Assembly: GCA_050952625.1 (NCBI GenBank)
Contig: JBMNLH010000001.1
Location: forward strand, 1,440,001 to 1,504,000
Length of the DNA stretch: 64,000 nucleotides
Origin: Bacillota bacterium
Lineage (GTDB): Bacteria; Bacillota; Ch66; Ch109
Direction of reading: 5' to 3'
Position 1 is the stretch's first letter; each line of letters starts with the position of its first letter. This document shows, in pieces, positions 28,339-38,384 of this stretch. Below the pieces are notes generated by a model. It was not told the DNA's origin and ran no database searches. It saw nothing but the letters and a program-made list of their open reading frames with translations. The translations under genes and the position numbers were made by a program.

Positions 28339-29403
28339 TCAGTCGTTAACCCAATTAACCAGGTCATGATAAATATTTAAGGTGCCAAGCTGAACAAAAG
28401 CCGTATGGATTGCTGGAAAATTATAGCGTACGTGCTGCTGGTTATTAGCCATCGCCTCCTTCAGCATCAGTAATTCTTTATCGATTTCTTCCGCAAGACC
28501 TGGATTTAAACCCAATTTCTGATGGGCACCTTCCAACTCCTTAAGCAGGGGTTCATATCGCAACATAGCCTCCGGGTCACCTAATACTTCGTAAAAATCC
28601 GACATAGCCGCATATATCTGGCTGTTTGCCCCCATATCCTCTGAGTTTTTATAACATTCTAAAGCATTATTGTATTGATAAAGGTTATGATAAATATTCC
28701 CTTTTATACCGTAGTAGCTGGCGGTCCGTTTATCGTCCGCACTTATTTCAATCGCTTTATTGCAATACAACAGTGCGTTTTCATAGTCCTTGGTTTCTTC
28801 GTAAGCACTTAAGAGATCACTGTAGATATTCTGCTTATCTTTAGCCGCCAAGTCAGGGTATTTTTTGAGGATATCTTCTCCCAAGGCAATGCATTCTCTG
28901 TTTCTCCCTTCCATATTTAGCAGCATTACCTTTAAAGATAAGAATTCGACATTATCCGGATTGATCGCAATAGCCTTTTCCACTAATGTAATCGCTTCTG
29001 CTGGCTTAGTAAATTTCTTTAACGCTTCATTATAATAGCCTTCAGCTTCCCTTTTTTCCGCCTCGGTTAATTCCTTCCGGTCATCAACCTCTTCAATTGT
29101 CGGAGCAGGTTGTGACAGGTTATTTGTTTGGTCATCTCTTACTTCTTCAATTGGCCGGTTAGGTTGGGTCATATTTGTTAGATTAGTTTGGGGCATATTT
29201 GTTAGGTCAGCTTGATTAACAGAATTATTATTGGCCGCTGGAGTCCTCAGCGTAATACCAGCTATAATCATAACCATTGAACAAAATAGGATTAACCCGG
29301 AAACTTTTTTTGATAAGCCCTGTTTAAAGATGAGGTTAACCGCTAGAATAAAGATGGAGAACGTTGCTCCTAACATTCCTACAACCATAAACACGACATC
29401 CAT
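28339..29403 (-). CDS. Membrane-anchored tetratricopeptide repeat protein
   Basis: Two N-terminal TM helices, low-complexity linker, TPR motifs (EKAIAINPDN, NALLYCNKAIEI, YYGIKGNIY..ALECY). Confidence 0.85.
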   Translation of the reverse strand: MDVVFMVVGMLGATFSIFILAVNLIFKQGLSKKVSGLILFCSMVMIIAGITLRTPAANNNSVNQADLTNMPQTNLTNMTQPNRPIEEVRDDQTNNLSQPAPTIEEVDDRKELTEAEKREAEGYYNEALKKFTKPAEAITLVEKAIAINPDNVEFLSLKVMLLNMEGRNRECIALGEDILKKYPDLAAKDKQNIYSDLLSAYEETKDYENALLYCNKAIEISADDKRTASYYGIKGNIYHNLYQYNNALECYKNSEDMGANSQIYAAMSDFYEVLGDPEAMLRYEPLLKELEGAHQKLGLNPGLAEEIDKELLMLKEAMANNQQHVRYNFPAIHTAFVQLGTLNIYHDLVNWVND

Positions 29404-29519
29404 ATAATACCGCCGCCTTTCAACATATTTAACATCCGTCTGTTTTCACTGAAATTAATTTACCTGTACCCATAATTGAATGAGCAGTTCACACTTTTAA
29501 GCTGTTTCTTCTGTTTATA

Positions 29520-29546
29520 ATTCGCCAAATTTTGAGGAATTCCTTT
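29520..29546 (-). promoter_or_regulatory. SigH-like promoter of TPR-propeller-ARH operon
   Basis: Minus strand AAAGGAATT...GGCGAAT with AGGA-N17-GAAT. Confidence 0.6.
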
Positions 29547-29698
29547 CCAAAGCAACAAATGTTTCCTTCCTAGAACTGTACTATGAAACAAAGAACAAAG
29601 TATACATACGGAAAAAGCATGTGAAAAAAAGTAAAAAACCTTTTTACGCAATGCTTTATATTGTAGAATAACAATGGTATGAAAAAAGGAGGGGGAAA

Positions 29699-30805
29699 AT
29701 GTCGATAAAGCGAACGCCGCTATACTCGCTGCACCTGAAGTACAACGGCAAAATGATTGATTTTGGTGGCTGGGAATTGCCAGTTCAATATGAAGGAATG
29801 GGGATCATAAAAGAACACCAGATGGTTCGGGAAAACGCCGGGCTTTTTGATGTTTCGCATATGGGAGAGATTTTCATCACCGGGGAAAAAGCTGAAGCGT
29901 TTATCCAGAACCTGATTTGCAATGATGTCAAAACCATTCAGAACGGGCAGATTCTCTACAGTCCGATGTGCTACCCAGACGGAGGAGTAGTCGATGATCT
30001 GCTGGTCTACCGCTACAATCCCCAAAAGTACCTGCTAGTGGTTAACGCAGCCAATACCGAGAAGGATTTTGCCTGGATGAAGGAGAATCTGATTGAGGGC
30101 GTCGAGGTCAACAACGTTTCCGACCAATATGCCCAGTTGGCCTTGCAAGGACCCAAAGCCCAGGAAATCTTACAAACCCTAAGCGATACCGATCTGGCCA
30201 GTATTAAATTCTTCTGGTTTAACCCTGCCGTTAAAATAGCTGGCGTAGAATGCCTGGTTTCCAGAACCGGTTATACCGGCGAAGACGGCTTTGAAATCTA
30301 CGCTAATCCAACTGAGGCCCCCTTTATCTGGGAAGAATTAATCAAAGCCGGTGGGGAACACCTTTGTCCGGTTGGTTTAGGAGCAAGGGATAGTCTCCGG
30401 TTTGAAGCCAAGTTACCTTTATACGGGCACGAGCTGGATAAGGATATTACCCCTTTGGAAGCCGGGCTTGGCTTTTTCGTTAAGCTAAACACGGATGATT
30501 TTATCGGGAAGGCAGTGCTAGTGCAGCAGAAACAGGCTGGCCTGAGCCGAAAACTGGTTGAGTTTTCGATGCTGGGTAAAGGCATTCCCCGCGCCCATTA
30601 TCCGGTGCAAAAAGATGGGGCGGTGATCGGCCACGTGACCAGCGGGATGCATTCCCCGACCTTTAAAAAACCGATTGGTTTAGCCTTAATCAAAACCGAG
30701 TATAGCCAACCCGGGACGGAGATTGAGGTAATGATTCGCGACAAGGCCATTAAGGCTGTCGTCGGAACTGGTATCTTCTACCTCAAGAAAACCAAAACTA
30801 AATAG
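29699..30805 (+). CDS. gcvT: Glycine cleavage system aminomethyltransferase T
   Basis: KRTPLY, FGGWELPVQY, LFDVSHMGE, SRTGYTGEDGFEI, GLGARDSLRFEA. Confidence 0.98.
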   Translation: MSIKRTPLYSLHLKYNGKMIDFGGWELPVQYEGMGIIKEHQMVRENAGLFDVSHMGEIFITGEKAEAFIQNLICNDVKTIQNGQILYSPMCYPDGGVVDDLLVYRYNPQKYLLVVNAANTEKDFAWMKENLIEGVEVNNVSDQYAQLALQGPKAQEILQTLSDTDLASIKFFWFNPAVKIAGVECLVSRTGYTGEDGFEIYANPTEAPFIWEELIKAGGEHLCPVGLGARDSLRFEAKLPLYGHELDKDITPLEAGLGFFVKLNTDDFIGKAVLVQQKQAGLSRKLVEFSMLGKGIPRAHYPVQKDGAVIGHVTSGMHSPTFKKPIGLALIKTEYSQPGTEIEVMIRDKAIKAVVGTGIFYLKKTKTK

Positions 30806-31000
30806 TAATTGATTAATTATAAACAAGATTCTTCGCTAACGCTCAGGATGAAATATGTCCGTTATTTTCATCAGTGGTTGAGCCCTGCGGGCGTGGGTGG
30901 TTAGGATTAGAATAAACTGTTATACTACGACTGTCAGCGAAGAATCAAATGATAAAATGGGTCAAACATAAATGAAATGATATAATCGGAGGGATTGATT

Positions 31001-31387
31001 GTGAACGTACCGGAAAACTTGCTTTACTCCAAAGACCATGAATGGATTCGAGTAGAAGGTAACAAAGGCTATATCGGGATTAGCGATTTTGCCCAACACC
31101 AACTGGGAGATATCGTTTTTGTGGAATTGCCGGAACTTGACCAGGAAGTGCAGATGGGCGAATCCATGGGGGTAATTGAATCAGTCAAGGCAGCCGCTGC
31201 CCTTTTCAGTCCGGCGACCGGGACGATTATCGAAGTCAATGAAAACCTGGAGGATGCCCCCGAACTGCTGAACCAGGACCCTTACGAGAACTGGATTGCC
31301 GTAGTTGAGCTGAGTGATCCTGAAGGGCTGAAAGAATTGCTATCCGCCGAGGCTTATACCACCTATTGCCAGACGCTTGATGACTAG
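31001..31387 (+). CDS. gcvH: Glycine cleavage system H protein
   Basis: YSKDHEW, GDIVFVELP, ESVKAA (lipoyl-Lys). Confidence 0.97.
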   Translation: MNVPENLLYSKDHEWIRVEGNKGYIGISDFAQHQLGDIVFVELPELDQEVQMGESMGVIESVKAAAALFSPATGTIIEVNENLEDAPELLNQDPYENWIAVVELSDPEGLKELLSAEAYTTYCQTLDD

Positions 31388-31401
31388 GAGGGCTGCAGTA
31401 A

Positions 31402-32718
31402 GTGAAGTACACGCCTAATCCTCCCCAGATAGTGGATGAAATGCTCCGGACCATGGGCCTGACCAATCTAGAGGAATTATTCTCGGATATCAAGCCGGAA
31501 TTGCAGATTAAAAACAGCTTAAACCTGCCGGCTGGTCTGGGTGAAATGGAGCTTCGCCGGGCGTTGAAAAACCTGGCGGCTAAAAACCTGAATAATGACG
31601 ATTATCCTTCCTTTCTGGGAGCGGGAGCGTATGACCATTACATCCCGGCAGCCCTGGAGCAGTTGCTATTACGCTCTGAGTTTTATACCGCTTACACCCC
31701 TTATCAGCCGGAAATCAGCCAGGGAATCCTGCAAGCCATCTTTGAATACCAGACCATGATCTGTCAACTGACCGGCTTGGATGTGGCTAATGCCTCCCTG
31801 TATGACGGTGGCAGTGCCTTAGCTGAAGCCTGTAATCTAGCCTGCATCAATAGCAAAGGCAAGAAAAAAGTGATCATCTCGGATACGGTTCATCCGGAAT
31901 ACCTGGAAATCCTCAAGGCCTATTCCCTTTCCGGCCGCCTGGAAGTCGTCGTTGTTCCAGGGCGGGATGGCGTGGCTGATACCGCTGGGATGCTCAAAGC
32001 AATTGATCGGGAAACCGCTTGTGCTGTGATTCAGCAGCCTAATTTCTATGGTCTGTTGGAAGACGCGGCCCCGGTCGAAAAGGCAGTCCATGCCCAAAAA
32101 GGTCTGTTTATTATGACCGTTGACCCAATTTCCTTAGCCTTATTAAAAACCCCGGCAGAGTGGGGAGCGGATCTGGCCGTGGGCGAAGGCCAACCACTAG
32201 GTAACAGCCTGAGCTTTGGCGGACCCTATCTAGGATTTATGGCCGCCACTAAGAACCTGATGCGCAAGATTCCCGGTCGGATCGTCGGGCAAACCACGGA
32301 CCTAGATGGTCAACGCGCTTATGTTTTGACCCTGCAGGCTCGAGAACAGCATATCCGACGCGAACTGGCAGCTTCTAATATTTGTTCTAATGAGGCTCTC
32401 TGTGCCCTAGCGGCCAGCATGTACCTAACCTTTGTTGGCGGCCAGGGTCTAAAAGAAATTGCCAAATGCTGCCACCTATTGGCGGTCTATGCGGAGCAGG
32501 AATTCCAGAAAGTCGGACTGGAACTAAAGTATAACCAGCCCTATTTCCGTGAGTTTGCCCTGAAAGTCAGTGAGCCGGCTGCGGCTAACCGCAAACTGTT
32601 AGCGAACGGAATTATTGGCGGATATGAACTCGAGGATGCGCTGCTGTTAGCCTTTACCGAAAAGAGAACTAAAGCGGAAATTGACCAACTGGTAGCTGTC
32701 CTGGGAGGAAAAATCTGA
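31402..32718 (+). CDS. gcvPA: Glycine dehydrogenase subunit 1
   Basis: YTAYTPYQPEISQG, NASLYDG, LQAREQHIRRE. Confidence 0.97.
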   Translation: MKYTPNPPQIVDEMLRTMGLTNLEELFSDIKPELQIKNSLNLPAGLGEMELRRALKNLAAKNLNNDDYPSFLGAGAYDHYIPAALEQLLLRSEFYTAYTPYQPEISQGILQAIFEYQTMICQLTGLDVANASLYDGGSALAEACNLACINSKGKKKVIISDTVHPEYLEILKAYSLSGRLEVVVVPGRDGVADTAGMLKAIDRETACAVIQQPNFYGLLEDAAPVEKAVHAQKGLFIMTVDPISLALLKTPAEWGADLAVGEGQPLGNSLSFGGPYLGFMAATKNLMRKIPGRIVGQTTDLDGQRAYVLTLQAREQHIRRELAASNICSNEALCALAASMYLTFVGGQGLKEIAKCCHLLAVYAEQEFQKVGLELKYNQPYFREFALKVSEPAAANRKLLANGIIGGYELEDALLLAFTEKRTKAEIDQLVAVLGGKI

Positions 32719-32771
32719 TATACTATTTTAACCTTTTGGGTCTTGAACGTAGCGAAAGGAATGGTCAATAA

Positions 32772-34250
32772 ATGCCCAAGCTTATTTTTGAAAAACACGT
32801 TCCCGGCAGCAATTCTTTTAGCCTGCCCAGCAGTGAAATATCGGATCAAGCTTTCAGTGAACAAATCCCGGATCAAACCAAATCCGGGAGAATCCCCGCC
32901 CAGTTCCTCCGTCAGGAAGCCATGAATCTCCCTGAAGTAAGTGAGGTTGAAGCGGTTCGCCATTACACAGAGCTTTCTACCAGGGCTTACGGGGTGGATA
33001 GCGGGTTTTATCCGCTTGGTTCTTGTACGATGAAATATAACCCCAAGATTAATGAGTGGGCAGCCAGATTGCCGGGTTTTGCCGGCCTCCATCCCTACCA
33101 ACCGGCCGATACGGTCCAGGGGGCCCTGCAGTTATACTACGAAATGCAGGAGATGCTGGCAGAAATAACCGGCATGGATGGCTTCTCCCTGCAGCCAGCA
33201 GCTGGTGCCCACGGCGAACTGGCTGGCGTTATGATTATGAAAGCCTATCATCAGCAGCGGCAGGACCATAAAAGAACTAAAATTATGGTGCCGGACTCAG
33301 CCCACGGGACCAACCCGGCTTCCGCTAATGTCGTCGGCTTTGAGGTTATTGAAGTGAAATCCAACCCGCGCGGCCTGGTGGACCTGGATGACCTGCGCTC
33401 CAAGATGACGGAGGAAGTAGCGGGCTTAATGCTGACTAACCCTAATACCCTGGGTCTGTTCGAAGAAGAGATTCAGGAAATTGCCGCGATCGTGCATGAT
33501 GGCGGGGGACTCCTCTATTACGATGGTGCTAATCTGAACGGGATCATGGGGGTCGCGCGGCCGGGTGATATGGGATTTGACGTCATCCATGTTAACCTGC
33601 ATAAGACATTTGGGACGCCCCATGGCGGTGGGGGCCCGGGTTCTGGCCCGGTCGGAGTTAAGGCCAAGCTTTTGGAATTCTTGCCGAAACCGATCGCGGT
33701 TAAAGAAGGCGAGCAATACCGCTTTAACTATAATCTGCCCCTGTCCATTGGTAAGGTTAAAAACTTTTATGGGAATTTCGGGGTCATTGTTAAAGCCTAC
33801 GCCTACATCAAAGCCCTGGGAGCGGAAGGCTTAAAAGAAGCCTGCCAGCATGCTGTCTTAAATGCGAATTACCTGCGGCATCAGTTACGGGATACTTACC
33901 ACATTCCCCTGGATCGGCTGTGCAAACATGAGTTTATAATTAATTCGAAGAAGCAGGCGGAAAACGGTATTACCACCCTGCAGATGGCGAAACGCTTAAT
34001 CGATTACGGCTATCACCCCCCCACGGTTTACTTCCCGTTGATTGTCAGCGAAGCGATGATGATTGAGCCGACGGAGACCGAATCCAAGGAACGGCTGGAT
34101 GACTTTATCCAAACCATGCGCACCATCGCGCGAGAATCAGTCGAAAATCCGGAGCTGGTCAAACAGGCCCCGCAGCAAGCGATGATCAAAAGGGTTGATG
34201 AAGTAACGGCTGCCCGCAAGCCGGTGGTTAAATGGGAGACCGGTGTGTAA
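32772..34250 (+). CDS. gcvPB: Glycine dehydrogenase subunit 2
   Basis: [36 protein letters not shown] (PLP Lys). Confidence 0.97.
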   Translation: MPKLIFEKHVPGSNSFSLPSSEISDQAFSEQIPDQTKSGRIPAQFLRQEAMNLPEVSEVEAVRHYTELSTRAYGVDSGFYPLGSCTMKYNPKINEWAARLPGFAGLHPYQPADTVQGALQLYYEMQEMLAEITGMDGFSLQPAAGAHGELAGVMIMKAYHQQRQDHKRTKIMVPDSAHGTNPASANVVGFEVIEVKSNPRGLVDLDDLRSKMTEEVAGLMLTNPNTLGLFEEEIQEIAAIVHDGGGLLYYDGANLNGIMGVARPGDMGFDVIHVNLHKTFGTPHGGGGPGSGPVGVKAKLLEFLPKPIAVKEGEQYRFNYNLPLSIGKVKNFYGNFGVIVKAYAYIKALGAEGLKEACQHAVLNANYLRHQLRDTYHIPLDRLCKHEFIINSKKQAENGITTLQMAKRLIDYGYHPPTVYFPLIVSEAMMIEPTETESKERLDDFIQTMRTIARESVENPELVKQAPQQAMIKRVDEVTAARKPVVKWETGV

Positions 34251-34328
34251 TGGGAAGCCAGGGTAAAGATCTGAACACCATTTGCGTAGTTTTTTATTAC
34301 AGAGCGCAGCGAAAGGATTTCTATTAAA

Positions 34329-35822
34329 ATGAAAGACTTGATTATTATTGGTGGGGGCCCGGGCGGTTACGTTGCGGCGATCCGAGCCCGACAGCTAGGG
34401 ATGACCGTCACAATCATAGAGAAAGAGGCTTTTGGTGGAACTTGCCTTAATCGTGGCTGTATCCCGACCAAGGCCTACTACCGGAACGCCCTGGTCATGA
34501 AGGATATAAAGGCTTGTGAGGAATTCAATATCAAGGTGAGCAACGTCTCATTTGACATGGCCGGGGCGCGGCAACGCAAGGATCAGATTGTCCGCAACTT
34601 AGTTGTGGGCATCGAAAAACTGTTGCTGGCCAACGGAGTAGAAATAATCAAAGGCAATGCCGCTTTGCTGGACCGCCACACGGTCCTGGTCAATGGAGCC
34701 GAGCTTCAGAGCAAAAACATCTTACTGGCCACTGGCTCAATCCCGGCTTCCCTGCCCATCCCGGGGATTGATCTGCCAGGAGTAATGACCAGCGATCAGC
34801 TATTGGAATTAAATGAAGTGCCGCCACGATTGGCGGTTATTGGCGGCGGAGTCATCGGGCTGGAATTTGCCGGTATTTTTAGTGCTCTGGGTAGCGAGGT
34901 AACTGTGTTTGAATACCTGCCGGAGCTCTTAAACACCATGGACCACGAGCTAGGCAAACGCCTGCGGGTTTTCCTCAAAAAACAGAAAATTAATGTGCAT
35001 ACTTCCACCCGCGTCGAGAAAATTGAATTAGTTGAAGATATTGAGCTAGATAAAGAGTCGGCAAAGACCTTAAAGATAAGCGGTGAAAATAGCATCCGGA
35101 CTGATCATCTGGCTGACCGATCTTCAAACCTCTTAAAAATTAGAGCAGAAGGTAAAAAAGGCCCAGTTGAAGTTACGGCTGACATCATCTTAGTCGCCAC
35201 CGGGCGAAAACCATTTACCGCCGGCCTGAACCTGGAAAAACTGGGGATTGCCACGGATAAAGCCGGTTTTATCCAAGTCGACAGCCATTTCTCGACCAAT
35301 GTAAAAGGCATCTATGCCATCGGGGATGTTATCGGGGGGCAGATGCTGGCTCATGTTGCCTCAGAAGAAGGAATTGTGGCTGTGGAAAAGATGGCTGGGA
35401 TTGACTCAGATATGCCTTATCAGGCTGTGCCCGCCTGTGTTTTTACCATGCCGGAAATAGCCAGCGTCGGTTTAAGCGAGGAAGAAGCGAAAGCCAAAGG
35501 AATCGTTTATCAGACCGGAAAATGCCAGTTTGCTGCTAATGGTAAAGCAATGACCATGGGAGAAACCGATGGCTTGGTCAAAGTGCTGGCTGATCAAGAC
35601 GATGTCATAATCGGGGTGCACATTATTGGGCCGCATGCCAGCGACCTAATTATGGAAGGTACTATAATGGTTAATAGCCGGCTGAAGGTCCCCGATGTTT
35701 TCGGGACCATCCACCCCCACCCCACCCTGTCTGAGGTGATGATGGAAGCAGTCCTGGATGTACACGGCCAGGCCATTCACTTGGCCCCAGTCCGCCACCG
35801 CCGGGCCACCGGGACCGGTTAA
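34329..35822 (+). CDS. lpdA: Dihydrolipoamide dehydrogenase
   Basis: GGGPGGY, GGTCLNRGCIPTK, GGGVIGLE, HPHPTLSE. Confidence 0.96.
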   Translation: MKDLIIIGGGPGGYVAAIRARQLGMTVTIIEKEAFGGTCLNRGCIPTKAYYRNALVMKDIKACEEFNIKVSNVSFDMAGARQRKDQIVRNLVVGIEKLLLANGVEIIKGNAALLDRHTVLVNGAELQSKNILLATGSIPASLPIPGIDLPGVMTSDQLLELNEVPPRLAVIGGGVIGLEFAGIFSALGSEVTVFEYLPELLNTMDHELGKRLRVFLKKQKINVHTSTRVEKIELVEDIELDKESAKTLKISGENSIRTDHLADRSSNLLKIRAEGKKGPVEVTADIILVATGRKPFTAGLNLEKLGIATDKAGFIQVDSHFSTNVKGIYAIGDVIGGQMLAHVASEEGIVAVEKMAGIDSDMPYQAVPACVFTMPEIASVGLSEEEAKAKGIVYQTGKCQFAANGKAMTMGETDGLVKVLADQDDVIIGVHIIGPHASDLIMEGTIMVNSRLKVPDVFGTIHPHPTLSEVMMEAVLDVHGQAIHLAPVRHRRATGTG

Positions 35823-36041
35823 GTGTCCTCGCGGGACAGAGGGACATATTAAATGTCCCGGTAATCAATATGTCCATAGCTTACATGGCCGGTATTATTG
35901 GTTTCCTTTGGGTTGAGGTCATTGATAACAACTCAAGATATACTTATTTCTACAGATGCGGAACATTCGGGTAATAAGTACCTGAGAAGAATTCTTACTT
36001 AATTGAGACTCATCATGCGTTGGAGGGTCGTCCAAGGATTA

Positions 36042-37031
36042 ATGAAAGAAATAATCAATCACTCGACTGATCCGTATTTCAATATGGCAATGGAAGAGTA
36101 CAGCATCAGGCAGTTGCCAGCTGATGATAATTATTTTATGCTCTGGCAGAACCAGCCGGCGGTGATCATCGGTCGAAACCAAAACACGATTGAAGAAATA
36201 AACTCTAGTTTCGTTGAAGAGCATGGTATCAAAGTGGTGCGCCGAATGTCTGGCGGAGGTGCTGTCTACCACGATCTCGGAAACCTTAATTTCACGTTTG
36301 TGGTCGATGAGAACCAGGACTTTGCCAACTTCGACAAGTTCACGCGTCCAGTCATTAATGCCCTGAAAAGGCTAGGGATTGAGGCCGAAAACAACGGTCG
36401 AAATGACCTGACTATTGCCGGCAAAAAATTCTCCGGTAATGCTCAGTATAAGCACCGAAATCGGCTTTTACACCATGGGACCATTTTATTTAATTCCAAT
36501 ATTGAGATAATGGTTCAAGCCTTAAACCCCAGCCCGGAGAAAATCTCTTCCAAAGGCATAAAATCAGTGCGCAGCCGAGTGACGAATATCCATGAACATT
36601 TGCCAATACCGGTAACGATCGAGGAGTTCAAACAGGTCCTCACAGAGGAAGTTTTTCGGTTAGAGCTCGCCCCTGCTGTCTACCGGCTCAACGAATCAGA
36701 CCGGCAAAAGATAACTGAGTTACGCAATAACAAGTATGCTAGCTGGGATTGGATCTACGGAACTTCCCCGGCGTACAATGTTAGAAAAACCGCTAATTTT
36801 GGCTGGGGCAGGATTGATATTCGGTTGGATGTTAAACGCGGATTAATCTGTGGGTGTAAAATATTTGGCGACTTCTTCAGCCCCCAGGATATGGATGAAC
36901 TGGAAAACAGCTTAATTGGCACTAAGTACCGTGAAGAAGATTTAACCAAACGCCTGGTGGAAATTGATTTGCGTCAATTTTTTCCCCAAAGCGAGGGCGA
37001 CGAACTTCAAACACTATTGTGCTCTACATAA
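36042..37031 (+). CDS. lplA: Lipoate-protein ligase A
   Basis: FNMAMEE, VRRMSGGGAVYHDLGN, GRND, KFSGNAQ, HHGT. Confidence 0.95.
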   Translation: MKEIINHSTDPYFNMAMEEYSIRQLPADDNYFMLWQNQPAVIIGRNQNTIEEINSSFVEEHGIKVVRRMSGGGAVYHDLGNLNFTFVVDENQDFANFDKFTRPVINALKRLGIEAENNGRNDLTIAGKKFSGNAQYKHRNRLLHHGTILFNSNIEIMVQALNPSPEKISSKGIKSVRSRVTNIHEHLPIPVTIEEFKQVLTEEVFRLELAPAVYRLNESDRQKITELRNNKYASWDWIYGTSPAYNVRKTANFGWGRIDIRLDVKRGLICGCKIFGDFFSPQDMDELENSLIGTKYREEDLTKRLVEIDLRQFFPQSEGDELQTLLCST

Positions 37032-37149
37032 AATTACCCCCCTATCCAGAAATGAATTATCAGACATAAGACAACTACCTTAATTCATAAAATTTAGATG
37101 AAACCTGCAAATGCTTAGCCGGTTAGTCTTTCAACAAAGAGGTACGCTT

Positions 37150-37710
37150 ATGGCTGGTTCGCTCAGTCAAGCCTTTCACTACCGAGGAAAAGCAGTTAAC
37201 CTGGTGTCTCAGGCAGAAAAGCCCGAAGACTTCCAGCTGGCGGGTCTATTTTTTCAGGAGGCCGGCCATTATTTTCGGAAAACTCAGTGCTGGCTGGCTG
37301 CTCGAGAGAGTTTTCTGGCTGCGGACGAGAATTTTCAGAAAGGAGGACTGATTAATCAGTCACAAGAGGCCAAAGCCTGGGCGAACCGGACCAGGAAACA
37401 CCTTAGTTCCTGGTTTAACCGACCGCTTCAAGTGGGCTGTTTTGGTGCGGGTATTATCCTATTCTACGGCCTGATCTACTGGTACCTCGATGGCGTGAGC
37501 ATCGATTCCTCTGGCAATCTGCCCTCTTCTTTCTGGGAGGCCCTTGGTTTTAGTGGTGTAACCTTTACCACCCTAGGTTACGGCAATCTTTACCCTAATT
37601 CCTGGCTGATTACCCTCCTGGCGGTATCAGAAGCCATGATCGGAGTAATCACTATCTCCTTCTTAATTTTTTCTCTCACCACCCGCTGGCTGCATAAAGA
37701 AACCAATTAG
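37150..37710 (+). CDS. Ion-channel-2 (K-channel pore-like) domain protein with helical N-terminal domain
   Basis: TM-pore-TM with FSGVTFTTLGYGNLYP; start chosen after AGAGG. Confidence 0.75.
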   Translation: MAGSLSQAFHYRGKAVNLVSQAEKPEDFQLAGLFFQEAGHYFRKTQCWLAARESFLAADENFQKGGLINQSQEAKAWANRTRKHLSSWFNRPLQVGCFGAGIILFYGLIYWYLDGVSIDSSGNLPSSFWEALGFSGVTFTTLGYGNLYPNSWLITLLAVSEAMIGVITISFLIFSLTTRWLHKETN

Positions 37711-37725
37711 CTTAGACCAACCACG

Positions 37726-37913
37726 CAACCACGGGGACGGTTCTCGTGGCTGGCGGGGTATAAGTGACATATTTGAAGGCGCGCCAACCATAACTTAATT
37801 TAGTCCCAATGACTTTAGCTGCATCATTAATATTATTAGAATATTATTAGCGACTATTAGTTCCTCAATAATTCTGTCTAAATTCCCTGCCACGAGAACC
37901 GTCCCCGTGGTTG
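37726..37913. repeat. REPIN/MITE-like element: 25-bp perfect inverted repeats around a 138-bp AT-rich spacer
   Basis: CAACCACGGGGACGGTTCTCGTGGC (37726-37750) and its exact reverse complement (37889-37913). Confidence 0.8.
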
Positions 37914-37961
37914 GCTGTACAAAGGCCTTCGAAAAAATTCTTCGAAGGCCTGACTTATTCC

Positions 37962-38210
37962 CTAAGCTTTTTGCGTCTCCGACATCAAAGCCAACGTAAA
38001 CAAGCAAACAAGAACAAAGCCGCCAATAATCATCCAAAGCTGGAGGTCGCTGCCAGCCATAACATTCAGCCCAATAAGTCCCACCGCAGTTAAACCATAC
38101 ACACCCTTTTTAAAACCGGAAGACAAGGTGAATTTTTTACATACACCGGCGAATTTTAGAAATACAAAAATGGCCAAAAAGATAATGAGCAGTTCGATGA
38201 TCGATTGCAT
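37962..38210 (-). CDS. Small 3-TM hypothetical membrane protein
   Basis: Strong SD AAGGAGGTG; 82 aa hydrophobic; SigH-like GCAGGATTT-..-GGCGAAG upstream (38285-38311). Confidence 0.8.
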   Translation of the reverse strand: MQSIIELLIIFLAIFVFLKFAGVCKKFTLSSGFKKGVYGLTAVGLIGLNVMAGSDLQLWMIIGGFVLVCLFTLALMSETQKA

Positions 38211-38384
38211 CCAGAATCACCTCCTTCTTCCGTCATATTGCCAGAGAATAATCCTCATTTCGACATTTACCCAGTTATAAATTACTTCGCCATTAGCCGT
38301 ATAAATCCTGCTAAATTTAAAAATATTGTTTAGTCTTGCGCATAATTCTCTATATCTCTATAAATATAGGGTACAGAGTATAGG

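Noticed and set aside
29550-29698. Glycine riboswitch upstream of gcvT
   Set aside because: Region is short and AT-rich with a promoter-like TAGAAT close to the start; no aptamer motifs visible.
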